Assembly: GCA_036830315.1 (NCBI GenBank)
Contig: DAISOU010000004.1
Coordinates: 30,357 to 94,356 of the forward strand
Origin: Bacillota bacterium
Lineage (GTDB): Bacteria; Bacillota_I; Bacilli_A; RFN20; CAG-288
Length of the DNA: 64,000 bases
Direction: 5' to 3'
Part shown: piece by piece, positions 29,330-39,035 of the stretch
Layout of the letters: every line of letters starts with the position of its first letter
Numbering within the stretch: the stretch's first letter is position 1
Notes under the pieces: generated by a model
What the model was told of the DNA's origin: nothing
What the model saw: only the letters and a program-made list of their open reading frames with translations
Database searches by the model: none
Made by a program: the position numbers and the translations under genes

Positions 29330-31975
29330 TCAGTGGGCCTCATACCAGTCGACACTGGCTTCTCCTTCGACTTTGAAGGGAACATTCATACTTATGGCTT
29401 TCTCCATGCATTCTTTAAGGATAGGAAGTACTTTGTCAAGTTCATTGTCAGGTACTTTGAATAGGAGTTCATCGTGAATCTGAAGAATGATCTTTGTCTC
29501 ATATCCTTTTAGGGCATTTTGACATTTGACCATGGCGACTTTGATCAAGTCGGCCGCTGACCCCTGAATGACGGTATTGACAGCTGCTCTTTCCGAGAAT
29601 GACCTTAAGATTCTGTTAGTGGAATTGATATCCTTGAGATATCTTCTTCGGTTGAGGACAGTCGTCACATAGCCTTTTTCTCTGGCACTGTTTATACATT
29701 TGTTCTGGAATTCATCGACGCCTTCAAAACTGGCTTTGAAGCTCTTGATGAGATCAGAGGCTTCATCGCGGGGAATATCAAGCTGCTGGGAAAGACCAAA
29801 GGGAGAAATGCCGTAGACGATTCCAAAGTTGACAGCTTTTGCTTTTCTTCTCATTTCGCTGGTGACTTCATCAATGGGGACATTGAAGACACGGCTGGCC
29901 GTGGCTTTATGAATATCGTATCCTTCTCTGAAGATCTCTAAAAGAGCTTTGATGTTGCCGACGGAAGCTAAAACACGTAACTCAATCTGTGAATAATCCA
30001 GAGAGAGGATTTTATATTTGTGATCAGGATAGAAGAAGGCTTTTCTGATGTTCTTGCCTTCTTCATTTCGAATAGAAATATTCTGAAGATTAGGTTCAGA
30101 CATTGAAAGTCTTCCGGTAGAAGTCAGAGCCTGATTATAGATAGCGTGGATCTTATCATCTTTTCCAATGTGCTTAGGAAGAGAAGAAGTATAACCGGAT
30201 ACTAACTTGTTGTAGATTCTGTATTCCATGATGAGAGGAATAATCGGATGGTCTTCTTTATGGGCATTGAGAACATCGATTCCCGTTCCTTTTTCGCCCT
30301 TGAATTTGCTGATGCCTAAATCGGTAAAGAGAACTTCTTCGAGTTTCTTAGGTGAGTTGATATTGAATTCTTGATTGGCTAATCGATAAATTTCTCTTTG
30401 CAAAGAGGTTAATTTTAGCTGGTATTCATCATCGATACTCTTCAAAGTATCCAAATTGATCGGGAATCCTTCTATTTCCATCTTTGCCAAGAGATCGGCA
30501 AGTGGCATTTCTACATTTTGGAAAAGTTCAGTCTCTTCGTTGTTCTGAAGATCTTCGATGACTTTGTCTTTTAAATCCAGAGCATAGGAAAGAGTCTGAT
30601 AGGCGATATTCTTGTTGGCATCTAAGGAGATTCCATACGACAAGAAGAGAGAATCTCTTTTTTGCCCGCAGTCAGGATTGATAAGATATGTCGCCAAGAG
30701 AAGATCAAAGGTCACTCCTCTGATTTCTGGGTAAACATAGCGGCTCAAAAGAACAGACAGGCCCTTGAAATCATAGACCGTGAGTTCTTTCTTGTCGGCT
30801 TTCAAAAACTCTTTGAAGCTGTCGTCATTTTTGGCATCTGCTTCTTTAAGCTGATAGATATTGTCGTCTCCCCCTAAAAGGAAACTGTATAAAGAGGAAG
30901 TATTTTCGTTTTCGCCGCTTGCATCATAGGTGATTCCTAAAATATTTTCTTTTATTTCAGAAAAAGAAGATATTTCAATGAGTTTTCTTTCTTTATAGGG
31001 TGAAGCGTTTTCATCTTTGTTCTTCTCATCGTAAGAGGAGAAGAAAGAATCCAGAGACATCTGCATCGATTCCGATGTGTCTTTTATACCGGGCATTCTG
31101 TCGATAGAAGACAAGAACTGACTGAGTTGATAACGAAGATAGAATTTAGACAGTTTTCCTTTTTCATAGGGCTGGTACAAGGACTTGGAATAGGCTTCTT
31201 CCATATCTAAAGAGGTATCGATGGCTGCCAGCTTCTTTGAGAAAAGCGCATCTTCCTCTCCAGCGATGATCTTCTGATTGATTTTGCTGTCTGGATGTTC
31301 TTTGCAGAAAGCGATGACGTTCTCCAGGTGACCGTGTTCTTCCAGTAGCTTCTTAGCAGTCTTCTCTCCTACGCCTTTTATTCCTTTGTAGTTGTCGGAA
31401 CTGTCTCCGGCCATTCCCTTATAGTCGACTATCTGGTCGGCATTTAATCCGAAGGCATCATAGAGGTTATCCTGAGTCAGAACCAAGGTCTCGGAAAGAC
31501 CTTTTTTCAATAGTTCGACAGAGACGTTCTTTCCTAACTCCAAAAGCTGCAGAAAATCGTGATCGGAGGTGAAAAGACGGACTTCATCACCTTTTGAACT
31601 GGCATATTTAGCCATGGAACCGGCTAAGTCATCTCCTTCATAGCCCTCTTTTTCTTCCCAGTAGATATTCATGCTTTCCAGCATTTCTCTGGCTATTGGC
31701 ATCTGAGCGATAAGCTCAGAGGGAGCTGGTTTTCTCTGTGCCTTATAATCGGCAAACTCTTTTTTTCTCAGCGTCGGAGAACCGGTATCAAAGGCGACAA
31801 AGAGATTATCGCCTTCATTGATCTTCATCTTTATCTTTTTGATGAGATTATGAAAAGCGAAGATGGCATTGATCGGAATGTTATCTTTAGTCGTCATGAT
31901 GTTTCCAGTATAGGCAGTTGAATAATAGGCTCTGAAGAGAAGTGAATTGCCATCGACGATATAAGTTTTTTTCAT
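29330..31975 (-). CDS. polA: DNA polymerase I.
   Basis: 881 aa. 5-prime nuclease N-domain and C-terminal family A polymerase motifs (DYSQIELR, KAVNFGIVYG, QIHDELLF). Confidence 0.95.
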   Translation of the reverse strand: MKKTYIVDGNSLLFRAYYSTAYTGNIMTTKDNIPINAIFAFHNLIKKIKMKINEGDNLFVAFDTGSPTLRKKEFADYKAQRKPAPSELIAQMPIAREMLESMNIYWEEKEGYEGDDLAGSMAKYASSKGDEVRLFTSDHDFLQLLELGKNVSVELLKKGLSETLVLTQDNLYDAFGLNADQIVDYKGMAGDSSDNYKGIKGVGEKTAKKLLEEHGHLENVIAFCKEHPDSKINQKIIAGEEDALFSKKLAAIDTSLDMEEAYSKSLYQPYEKGKLSKFYLRYQLSQFLSSIDRMPGIKDTSESMQMSLDSFFSSYDEKNKDENASPYKERKLIEISSFSEIKENILGITYDASGENENTSSLYSFLLGGDDNIYQLKEADAKNDDSFKEFLKADKKELTVYDFKGLSVLLSRYVYPEIRGVTFDLLLATYLINPDCGQKRDSLFLSYGISLDANKNIAYQTLSYALDLKDKVIEDLQNNEETELFQNVEMPLADLLAKMEIEGFPINLDTLKSIDDEYQLKLTSLQREIYRLANQEFNINSPKKLEEVLFTDLGISKFKGEKGTGIDVLNAHKEDHPIIPLIMEYRIYNKLVSGYTSSLPKHIGKDDKIHAIYNQALTSTGRLSMSEPNLQNISIRNEEGKNIRKAFFYPDHKYKILSLDYSQIELRVLASVGNIKALLEIFREGYDIHKATASRVFNVPIDEVTSEMRRKAKAVNFGIVYGISPFGLSQQLDIPRDEASDLIKSFKASFEGVDEFQNKCINSAREKGYVTTVLNRRRYLKDINSTNRILRSFSERAAVNTVIQGSAADLIKVAMVKCQNALKGYETKIILQIHDELLFKVPDNELDKVLPILKECMEKAISMNVPFKVEGEASVDWYEAH

Positions 31976-34896
31976 TTTGTTACCTTCCTTCCAAGATATA
32001 TGAAGTCATAAGGAATGATTCGATTCCAGGAGAAGTCTCCGTTTACTAGGATAAAGGCATTCTTCAAAGCCTCTTTGCGTCCTTTGACTTCAATCTGGTA
32101 GTCTTTTCTGCCATCGGTTGCAACAAGATAATGATGCATTTCCAAGTCAGAATCGTCTGTGATTATAAGAGTCCTGTAGCCGTCTTTATGAGCTATTTTA
32201 TCTAAGTCTTCTGAGATAACGGAACCTAAGACGGTCTTTTCAAGATAGAGCCTTTTTCCGATGTCTTCTCCGTTCTTCTTAAGAGCGGGAACATTGGAAT
32301 CAGTGAATCCCATCTTGGCAAAAGACATGTAATCATCGAGTTTTGAAGACATCTCTTCTCGATTCTTCTCTAGAGAATCGAAGACACCGGCTTTAATGAG
32401 AGAATCGATGCTCTTCTCTTCGCTGAAAGAGACAAACTCCTCGGTTCTCTTACAGAATGAATAGAAACTTTGGAAGGGACCGCTTTTTTCTCTTTCGGCA
32501 ATTATCTTCTCAAGCAGATTCTTGTCAGTTGCGGAAACACCGGAAAAAGGCAGAAATATCTCTTTGTTCTTTATGAGGATGTCTTTGAGCTTTGAAGTGT
32601 TGATATCAGGTACTTTGATGACATATTGTCTCTTGTGGATTTCTTTCTGGAGAAAAGACATCTCAAGTGAAGAAAGAGAGGTGTTCTGCAAAGAGACTGA
32701 ATAGAATTCTTCAGGGAACAGGGCTTTATAATAAAGGAGTGTGTAGGAGATGAGGGCATAGCTATAGGAGTGAGACTTGTTGAAGCCGTAGTTGGCAAAT
32801 TTTTCGATGTCTTTATAGATGCTTTCGGCTGTTTCAGACTTGATTCCGTTTTTGATGGCCCCTTTGAGGAACTTGTCTTTATATTCTTCCATCTTCTGAA
32901 GATTCTTTTTTGAGATGGCACGGCGGAACAAGTCGGCATCGGAAGCCGTAAAGGAAGCTATTTCCTTAACGGCTTCGATGACCTGTTCCTGATAAATCAT
33001 GATTCCGTATGTGTCTTTAAGTATCTTATCTAATCTCGGATCGAGATAAGTGACTTTTTCAAGGCCGTCTTTTCGTTTGGCATAGGTGTTGATATAGGCC
33101 ATAGGTCCTGGTCGGTAAAGAGCAAGAAGAGCAGCCAGATCTTTGAAGCTGCTAGGCTTGAGAGTCTTGATGGCTTTTCTCATTCCGCTTTTCTCTAATT
33201 GGAATATATAGGCGAGATCTCCGTCATTCAGTATTTTGTAACAGAGCGGGTTATCAAGATCTGACATGATATTCGGAAGTGTCTTGGAATTGTCTTTGAT
33301 CTGTTTTTCGATGTTCTTGATGAAAGTTAGGTTAGACAAAGAGAGAATATCGCATTTCAAAAATCCCATTCTTTCCATATTGGGAAATTCATATAAGGCA
33401 ATACCGGTCTTTCCCTGACTCAAAGGACAGGATTTATATATTTCGTCTTCGTTGATGATGATGCCGGCTGGATGGTTAGAGGTATTGACCGGTATTCCCA
33501 GTAGGGAATCAGCTTTCATGACCAGATCTTTATAGTAGGGATCTTGAAGAAGGGCATCTAGTTTCGGTCCTTTGAAAGAGTCGTTTAAAGCGTCTTTGAA
33601 GTTGTCGGCAGTCTCAGGTATCGAGGAGGTGAGTTTTTTCAGTCTGACCGGAGAGAAAGAGAGAGCATTTCCGATGAGATTCAGGGCGCTTCTGGGTCTC
33701 AGTCTGACAAAAGTGATGATATCGGAGACATGAGTCTCACCATATCTTTTTCTGATATACGATATGACTTCGTTTCTGCGGTCATCTTCGAAATCAATAT
33801 CGATATCAGGCATATTGGATCTCTTGGGATTGAGGAATCTTTCAAAAGAAAAATCGCATTTGATCGGATCGAGAGCTGTGATATCTAGAGCATAAGTCAC
33901 TAATGATCCGGCAGCCGATCCTCTCCCTGGTCCGATCTTGATGCCTGAGCTTTTTGCAAAGCGGACATAATCCGAGACTAAGAGGAAATAAGAAGAGAAA
34001 TTCATTTTCCTTATCGTATCCAGTTCATAGGAGAGACGATTGATGTAGTTTTGAGGCAGGTCTTTGCCGATTTTGTTCATCAGTCCTTCAACAGCCATTT
34101 TCTCTAATTTGGAATTGTCGTCTGGAAAAGAGACGGGCTTTCCTCTTTTGGCAAAGAAATCAAAATGGCATTTGTCAGCCAGTTCAATAGTCCTATCCAT
34201 ATCTTCCTGGCGGTAAAGAGTTGACAGGGCTTTTTCGGACAAGAGAAAAAACGGTCCGGTTTCTGGTAGGATATCAACTTTTTCCTTCTTCAGTGCTTTA
34301 TACAGAAGAGCGGTTTTATAGGCGTCGCTTTTTCTGATATACAAAGACTTGGGGAAAGCGACAGTCTTGTATGAACAGTTGCTGCAGAAATCATATAAGG
34401 CTGGCATCTCATTGATATCGACTTCATTGGAGATGATTATTCCCACATAGAAGTCATCTTGGAAGATATGACTATAGCTGAAAAGCTGAGAGGCTATCGC
34501 ATTCAGATAGGCCAAATCGCGATAATCATCCCTTTCGGTATCTAAGACTAGTATCAGTCCTTCATGATATAAAGAGAGAATATCAGATCCTAGGACCTCT
34601 AGTTTTCTAGAGAGGATCTCACAGAGATTACGATAGCCCTGTTCGTTTTTGATATAGAGAACGCCGTCTAATGGCAATTTAAATGCGGTAGCCAGATTGA
34701 CTCGGCATCCGAATAAAGGCTTTAATCCATATGTTCTTGCACTATCGGCAAAGGAAGGATAACAGAAAAAAGAATGGTCTTTGACAGCCACTCCCTGGTA
34801 TCCGAGTTCTTTTGCTCTTTGACAGTATTCTTCAGGTAAGATTGAAGAATCTTTGAAGTCATAGGCAGTGATTGTGTTTAGCTGATAATAACTCAT
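31972..34896 (-). CDS. dnaE: DNA polymerase III alpha subunit (DnaE type).
   Basis: 974 aa. N-terminal PHP domain and a polymerase core. Overlaps polA by 4 nt. Confidence 0.85.
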   Translation of the reverse strand: MSYYQLNTITAYDFKDSSILPEEYCQRAKELGYQGVAVKDHSFFCYPSFADSARTYGLKPLFGCRVNLATAFKLPLDGVLYIKNEQGYRNLCEILSRKLEVLGSDILSLYHEGLILVLDTERDDYRDLAYLNAIASQLFSYSHIFQDDFYVGIIISNEVDINEMPALYDFCSNCSYKTVAFPKSLYIRKSDAYKTALLYKALKKEKVDILPETGPFFLLSEKALSTLYRQEDMDRTIELADKCHFDFFAKRGKPVSFPDDNSKLEKMAVEGLMNKIGKDLPQNYINRLSYELDTIRKMNFSSYFLLVSDYVRFAKSSGIKIGPGRGSAAGSLVTYALDITALDPIKCDFSFERFLNPKRSNMPDIDIDFEDDRRNEVISYIRKRYGETHVSDIITFVRLRPRSALNLIGNALSFSPVRLKKLTSSIPETADNFKDALNDSFKGPKLDALLQDPYYKDLVMKADSLLGIPVNTSNHPAGIIINEDEIYKSCPLSQGKTGIALYEFPNMERMGFLKCDILSLSNLTFIKNIEKQIKDNSKTLPNIMSDLDNPLCYKILNDGDLAYIFQLEKSGMRKAIKTLKPSSFKDLAALLALYRPGPMAYINTYAKRKDGLEKVTYLDPRLDKILKDTYGIMIYQEQVIEAVKEIASFTASDADLFRRAISKKNLQKMEEYKDKFLKGAIKNGIKSETAESIYKDIEKFANYGFNKSHSYSYALISYTLLYYKALFPEEFYSVSLQNTSLSSLEMSFLQKEIHKRQYVIKVPDINTSKLKDILIKNKEIFLPFSGVSATDKNLLEKIIAEREKSGPFQSFYSFCKRTEEFVSFSEEKSIDSLIKAGVFDSLEKNREEMSSKLDDYMSFAKMGFTDSNVPALKKNGEDIGKRLYLEKTVLGSVISEDLDKIAHKDGYRTLIITDDSDLEMHHYLVATDGRKDYQIEVKGRKEALKNAFILVNGDFSWNRIIPYDFIYLGRKVTK

Positions 34897-35010
34897 ATAT
34901 ATATTATAAACTAAAAACCTTAAGCCTTGTCTTACAATGAAATTTAATTAACAGACTAAACAGTATTTGTTTTCTTTTTTTAATGATATTGAGCAAATAC
35001 AGGCACAAAG

Positions 35011-35436
35011 CTATTCTTTGTTTTCTGTATTAGTTTTGATTTTAGTCAGGACGGCTAATGAATTTTCGTCAATATTGTTTTTCTTAAATGTGAACCAGGT
35101 TCTTGTATTATTTGAAACCATGATCTTATCTTCCTCTTCTTTATAATATTTGATTCTAAACGTGTATTCTTTATCGTTGCCGTCAGTAAAGACATAGATG
35201 TTTTCTTTTTTGATTTTGACTGATTGGCAGTTTATTTTACCTACCTGTCTTCCTATTGTATAAACTAAGGCGATGAAAAAACTGATAAGTAATGCGATTG
35301 CCAGGCAGACATATACTTCTGGTGTATTGAATTTCTTTTCGTTCCTGATCAGGAATAAACCTAATACTATGCCGTCAATTACTTCTAATAGGACTAATGA
35401 TATATAGAGAATGATATATTTTTTTCTTTCTTTCAT
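35011..35436 (-). CDS. Hypothetical small membrane protein in an AT-rich islet.
   Basis: 141 aa, two TM helices, very low GC. Confidence 0.4.
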   Translation of the reverse strand: MKERKKYIILYISLVLLEVIDGIVLGLFLIRNEKKFNTPEVYVCLAIALLISFFIALVYTIGRQVGKINCQSVKIKKENIYVFTDGNDKEYTFRIKYYKEEEDKIMVSNNTRTWFTFKKNNIDENSLAVLTKIKTNTENKE

Positions 35437-35615
35437 TTCAGATATGCGTTAAGTTCTCCTTCAGTTTTAAACCCGTAGACTTTGCCGTCAATAGGACTTC
35501 CTTCAGTGTCGTAATCAATGAACGAATCATTATATTTATTTGTGTCCGTCGATCGATATAGCGGAGACCAATTTAGATAATTTTCATTTTCAAAATGATA
35601 TCTATATTTTAACAT
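35433..35615 (-). CDS. Hypothetical 60-aa protein, possibly co-translated with the downstream membrane protein.
   Basis: 4-nt overlap with the next ORF. No recognisable motif. Confidence 0.3.
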   Translation of the reverse strand: MLKYRYHFENENYLNWSPLYRSTDTNKYNDSFIDYDTEGSPIDGKVYGFKTEGELNAYLK

Positions 35616-35829
35616 TACTACTTCTTGTTCGTTACTTCTATTTTGAATTCATAGTTTTTTGACTATGAATTAGAACACAAAAATATTATTGATGTTACTT
35701 AGTTCCTGAAAATGGAACACTTTTACAAATGATAGATTGATATCTTATCAATAATATCGGCTATTTGCGGAACAACTATTAATAATATTGTGCCCCTATT
35801 ATATATTTTTGGTTAGAGAGATAATATAT

Positions 35830-36416
35830 AAGCAACCAGCTGCAGATGATCTTATCGATCGGCTGGACGGTATCCGAATAAGGGTTTCGCAGGGATACCT
35901 GTGAAATAAACAAATGTCCTGTTTTGAAAGGAACAGGGGAGGCAGATGAAACTGCCTCTCGGAAATCGGTGCATCGTCATCTTAAAGCTAAGCTAATGGA
36001 TGGGACAGGGACGCAAAGGCGGGAAACCGTCTACCTCTTGCCTCAGTGTGAGAAACTGAGGAAAAAACCAGGAGGCATTCTCAAAAGAAAGTCCTCGGAG
36101 TTGATTGTCAGGTAACTGGCTATAATGTCCTGTTCAGGTACTGGTAGGGGAATTCTCCAAAAAGAACCATGAATTTGGCTCAAAAATAAAGAAAACAATC
36201 CGACGTTCCCTGAAAGTAAGTGACCGATAGAGTCATTATCAACTAGATCCTCGAAAGGGGATAGCCAGAATAGAGCAGCAGTCGCTCTGTTGCCCTCGGA
36301 TTCTGGTTTTGATTAAGCTATTAAGCACAGGATGAAACGATGTAAGGCGAAAGCCTGCATTTTATCAAAACACAGCTGCTTCTGCTCAGGAACTGAGTCG
36401 GCAGCTGTTTTTGTTT
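35830..36416 (+). ncRNA. Candidate large structured non-coding RNA of unknown class (OLE/ROOL/GOLLD-like size range).
   Basis: GC-enriched ~590 nt block with no credible ORF. At least five hairpins are capped by GNRA-type loops (…GAAA…). It ends in a strong intrinsic terminator. Confidence 0.45.
36373..36416 (+). terminator. Rho-independent terminator closing the candidate ncRNA.
   Basis: Outer stem cagctgc / gcagctg, inner stem ctcag / ctgag, then TTTTTGTTT. Confidence 0.7.
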
Positions 36417-36573
36417 ATCAGATAGATTCTGTATTCTTTGGTAGTTCCTCTTTTTGTCTCTTATCTGTATCAAAGTCTTCTAGTTGAGGGAAGAAAGAAA
36501 AAACATTCCTTTTCTTCCTTTACTCTTCTTCGTTTTCGGTTTATATTCAATAGCAAGAAAGAAGAACAAACAC

Positions 36574-37317
36574 ATGGATGACAATATCATCTTCGGAAGA
36601 ATACCGGTTAAGAACGCTTTGACTGCAGGCAAAAGAAGACCTATCAGGGTTTTTCTCAACGCCGCGCACCCAGAACAGGAAATCCTGGACTTGGCAAGAA
36701 AAAGGAACGTCCCTGTAAAAATGGTTTCTTTTGAAGAATTATCCCGTTTATCGAATCATCTTAATAATCAGGGAGCAGTCTGTTCTCTTCCAGATTTTGA
36801 ATATGCAGATTTGGATGAAACTCTTAAAGATATCAAGGATCATACTGAATCCACCCTGGTTATGCTGGACGGCATTGAAGACCCTGTTAATTTCGGTTCA
36901 ATCATTCGTTCCTCAACTGCTTTTGGAATCGACGGAATAATCATCGGCAAGAACCGTCAGGTTCCTGTTACCGGTACTGTATCCAAGATTGCGACGGGCG
37001 GAGAAGAACTTCTTCCTATTATTCAGGTGACCAATCTCACAAGAACTCTCGATACTTTGAAAAAAGCAGGATATTGGGTTGTAGCCTCAGCCGGCGAAGG
37101 AAAAGACACTTATGACCAGATCAATTATTCCGGAAAGATTGTTCTGATTATCGGTTCTGAAGGTTTCGGAGTTTCCGATTTAGTCAGAAAGAATTCTGAT
37201 TTTGTCGCCTCTATTCCTTTAGATGGCCCTGTCAAAGCATTAAATGCCTCGATAGCCTGTGCCGTTTTCTTATCTGAGATTAATTCTTATAGACGCAAAA
37301 AGAATTCTAAGAAGTAA
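36574..37317 (+). CDS. rlmB: TrmH/SpoU family 23S rRNA 2'-O-methyltransferase (RlmB-like).
   Basis: N-terminus IIFGRIPVKNAL plus a SpoU methylase C-domain. The upstream TTG-started extension is hydrophobic, so I rejected it. Confidence 0.7.
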   Translation: MDDNIIFGRIPVKNALTAGKRRPIRVFLNAAHPEQEILDLARKRNVPVKMVSFEELSRLSNHLNNQGAVCSLPDFEYADLDETLKDIKDHTESTLVMLDGIEDPVNFGSIIRSSTAFGIDGIIIGKNRQVPVTGTVSKIATGGEELLPIIQVTNLTRTLDTLKKAGYWVVASAGEGKDTYDQINYSGKIVLIIGSEGFGVSDLVRKNSDFVASIPLDGPVKALNASIACAVFLSEINSYRRKKNSKK

Positions 37318-37350
37318 CATATAAAAAAGAGCTAATAAAAGGAGGTTTCT

Positions 37351-38061
37351 ATGAAAACCATCTCTTTAAGGCACACTGCATCTGTGCCTTTTTCAACCAA
37401 CTCTGTTTTCTGTGTGTTCGTTAAGGGATTGACTGAGGGAGAAGATAATTTCTTTCCTAAGAACTCCTATGAATTTTCCGGATATAACATCAATGAATTG
37501 GTGATCATGGCAAAGCACAGCCGGGAAGCCATGGACGAATATCTTAAGAGAATCCAATTTCTGATATATAAAGAAGCCAGTATATTCAATAAGATCAATC
37601 GCTATTTGGATTTTAACGATGTGTATTCTACCCTTTTTCATACTTCGCTTCAGGCCGTAAAGATCTATGACAGAAGAAAAGGTAATTTCATGAATCTCTT
37701 TCGAAAAATGGTCAAAATGTCTCTGAGATTCTTCAACAGCAATCATTGTAAATCCTATTACCGTGGGCTGAAGAATTATGGCTGCAGAATCAGGGCTGTC
37801 ACTGACTTGAACTCTTTTGCTGATTGTGTTCAGACTCCTTCTTCATCAGATTTGACTGAAGATATAAAACTGCAGGCGGATTTTGAAAGCTATTATAGTG
37901 AATTGACTCCTTTGGAACAGAAAATAATCTCGATGTATATCAATAAATTCTCCATCAGAGATATCAGTATTGCCGTAGATGAAAGCTGTTCGACTGTCTC
38001 TTACAAGATCTATCTGATGCTGGAAGACCTAAAAGCCTGGGAGAAAAGAAAACAGATATAA
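37351..38061 (+). CDS. sigH: Sigma-70 family sigma factor, SigH-like.
   Basis: C-terminal region-4 HTH SIRDISIAVDESCSTVSYKIYLMLEDLKAWEK resembles B. subtilis SigH. Position after rlmB mirrors B. subtilis yacO-yacP-sigH. Strong RBS AAGGAGG. Confidence 0.55.
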   Translation: MKTISLRHTASVPFSTNSVFCVFVKGLTEGEDNFFPKNSYEFSGYNINELVIMAKHSREAMDEYLKRIQFLIYKEASIFNKINRYLDFNDVYSTLFHTSLQAVKIYDRRKGNFMNLFRKMVKMSLRFFNSNHCKSYYRGLKNYGCRIRAVTDLNSFADCVQTPSSSDLTEDIKLQADFESYYSELTPLEQKIISMYINKFSIRDISIAVDESCSTVSYKIYLMLEDLKAWEKRKQI

Positions 38062-38122
38062 GGTTTAAACTATAAAGAAAGAGCCGTTTAACTTATAATC
38101 TATGTATAAGAGAGATAAATAA

Positions 38123-39034
38123 ATGGCTGACTTAATGATTTCCGTTATCGTTCCTGTCTATCAGGTTGAAAAATATCTTAATGAATGTCTTGATTCATTG
38201 GTTAAACAAGACATCAAAGAAAGATATGAAATACTTCTTATTGATTTTGGAAGCACTGACAGCAGTTCTAAAATCTGTCATGAGTATGCTTTCAAGTATC
38301 CTAATCTGGTTACTTGGATTAAGAAGGATGAGAATTACGGAGTGTCGGCAAGTCGTAATGTCGGAATATCTCTTGCCAATGGAAAGTATGTCACCTTTAT
38401 CGATTCAGATGATTTTGTGAGAAAAGACTATCTTTCATCTTTGTTCTCTTATGCCAAGGATGACAAATATGAAATCATCACTGGCGGTTATTATCTTTAC
38501 AAAAAGAAAAAGAGGCCTGGTTATTCGAGGACTTCTTATCAAGGCGAAGGCATAAGCTGTCTTAAAAAACTATACCAAAGTCCCTTTTTGAAATTCAGAA
38601 CTTTTTGCTGGGGCCGTCTGATTAGACTGTCTCTTTTGCGTGACAACCATATAAGATTCGATGATGACCTGAATCAGTATGAAGACTGGCCTTTTATATT
38701 CAAATGCCTGTATTTTGCAAAGAAAGCCATATATTTCAAGAAACCAATTTATTATTACCGCCAAAGAACCGATTCGGTTATGAAGGGGACCAGCGATTTT
38801 GTCACTCCTCATATCGAAGTTTTGAGAAGAACAAAGGAATTTTTAGCTCCTCGAGACGAGAAGAGTACTAGAATCTTATTTGACAAACCTCACTTTGCCA
38901 TCAAGTCACAGATTAGATTCGACTGCCATGAGTCGGCGAAAAAACTTGATACCAGCTCCTCTCTTTTATATAAGAAAGCCAAGAAGGAACTTATTTCTGT
39001 CTTTGATCAGAACAAGGTTCTCAAAGGAGAATAA
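38123..39034 (+). CDS. Glycosyltransferase family 2.
   Basis: ISVIVPVYQVEKYL…FIDSDDF (DxD). Confidence 0.8.
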   Translation: MADLMISVIVPVYQVEKYLNECLDSLVKQDIKERYEILLIDFGSTDSSSKICHEYAFKYPNLVTWIKKDENYGVSASRNVGISLANGKYVTFIDSDDFVRKDYLSSLFSYAKDDKYEIITGGYYLYKKKKRPGYSRTSYQGEGISCLKKLYQSPFLKFRTFCWGRLIRLSLLRDNHIRFDDDLNQYEDWPFIFKCLYFAKKAIYFKKPIYYYRQRTDSVMKGTSDFVTPHIEVLRRTKEFLAPRDEKSTRILFDKPHFAIKSQIRFDCHESAKKLDTSSSLLYKKAKKELISVFDQNKVLKGE

Positions 39035-39035
39035 A

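Noticed and set aside
29329-29385. N-terminal extension of MutM (MFPSKSKEKPVSTGMRPTD-).
   Set aside because: Fpg uses Pro2 as the catalytic nucleophile after Met removal. The protein must therefore begin MPELPEVE. The extension would also overlap polA.
35924-36115. 63-aa ORF (MKGTGEADETASRK…) inside the GC-rich intergenic block.
   Set aside because: No RBS and a low-complexity, basic composition. It is embedded in tightly packed GNRA-capped hairpins. Coding is much less likely than a structured RNA.
35830-36416. Identification of the structured RNA as tmRNA, RNase P RNA or SRP RNA.
   Set aside because: There is no GGGG…UUCGAC 5' end and no CCACCA 3' end. No tag-like reading frame ends in ALAA. 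An AAAGUCC-like element is in the wrong order relative to any GGUAAAC-like element, and no GGUAAAC is present. No SRP domain IV motif is present.
36484-36573. TTG-started extension of rlmB (MREERKNIPFLPLLFFVFGLYSI…).
   Set aside because: It follows directly on a stop codon, is hydrophobic and is unlike TrmH-family N-termini. The conserved IIFGRIPV motif begins right after the internal ATG.
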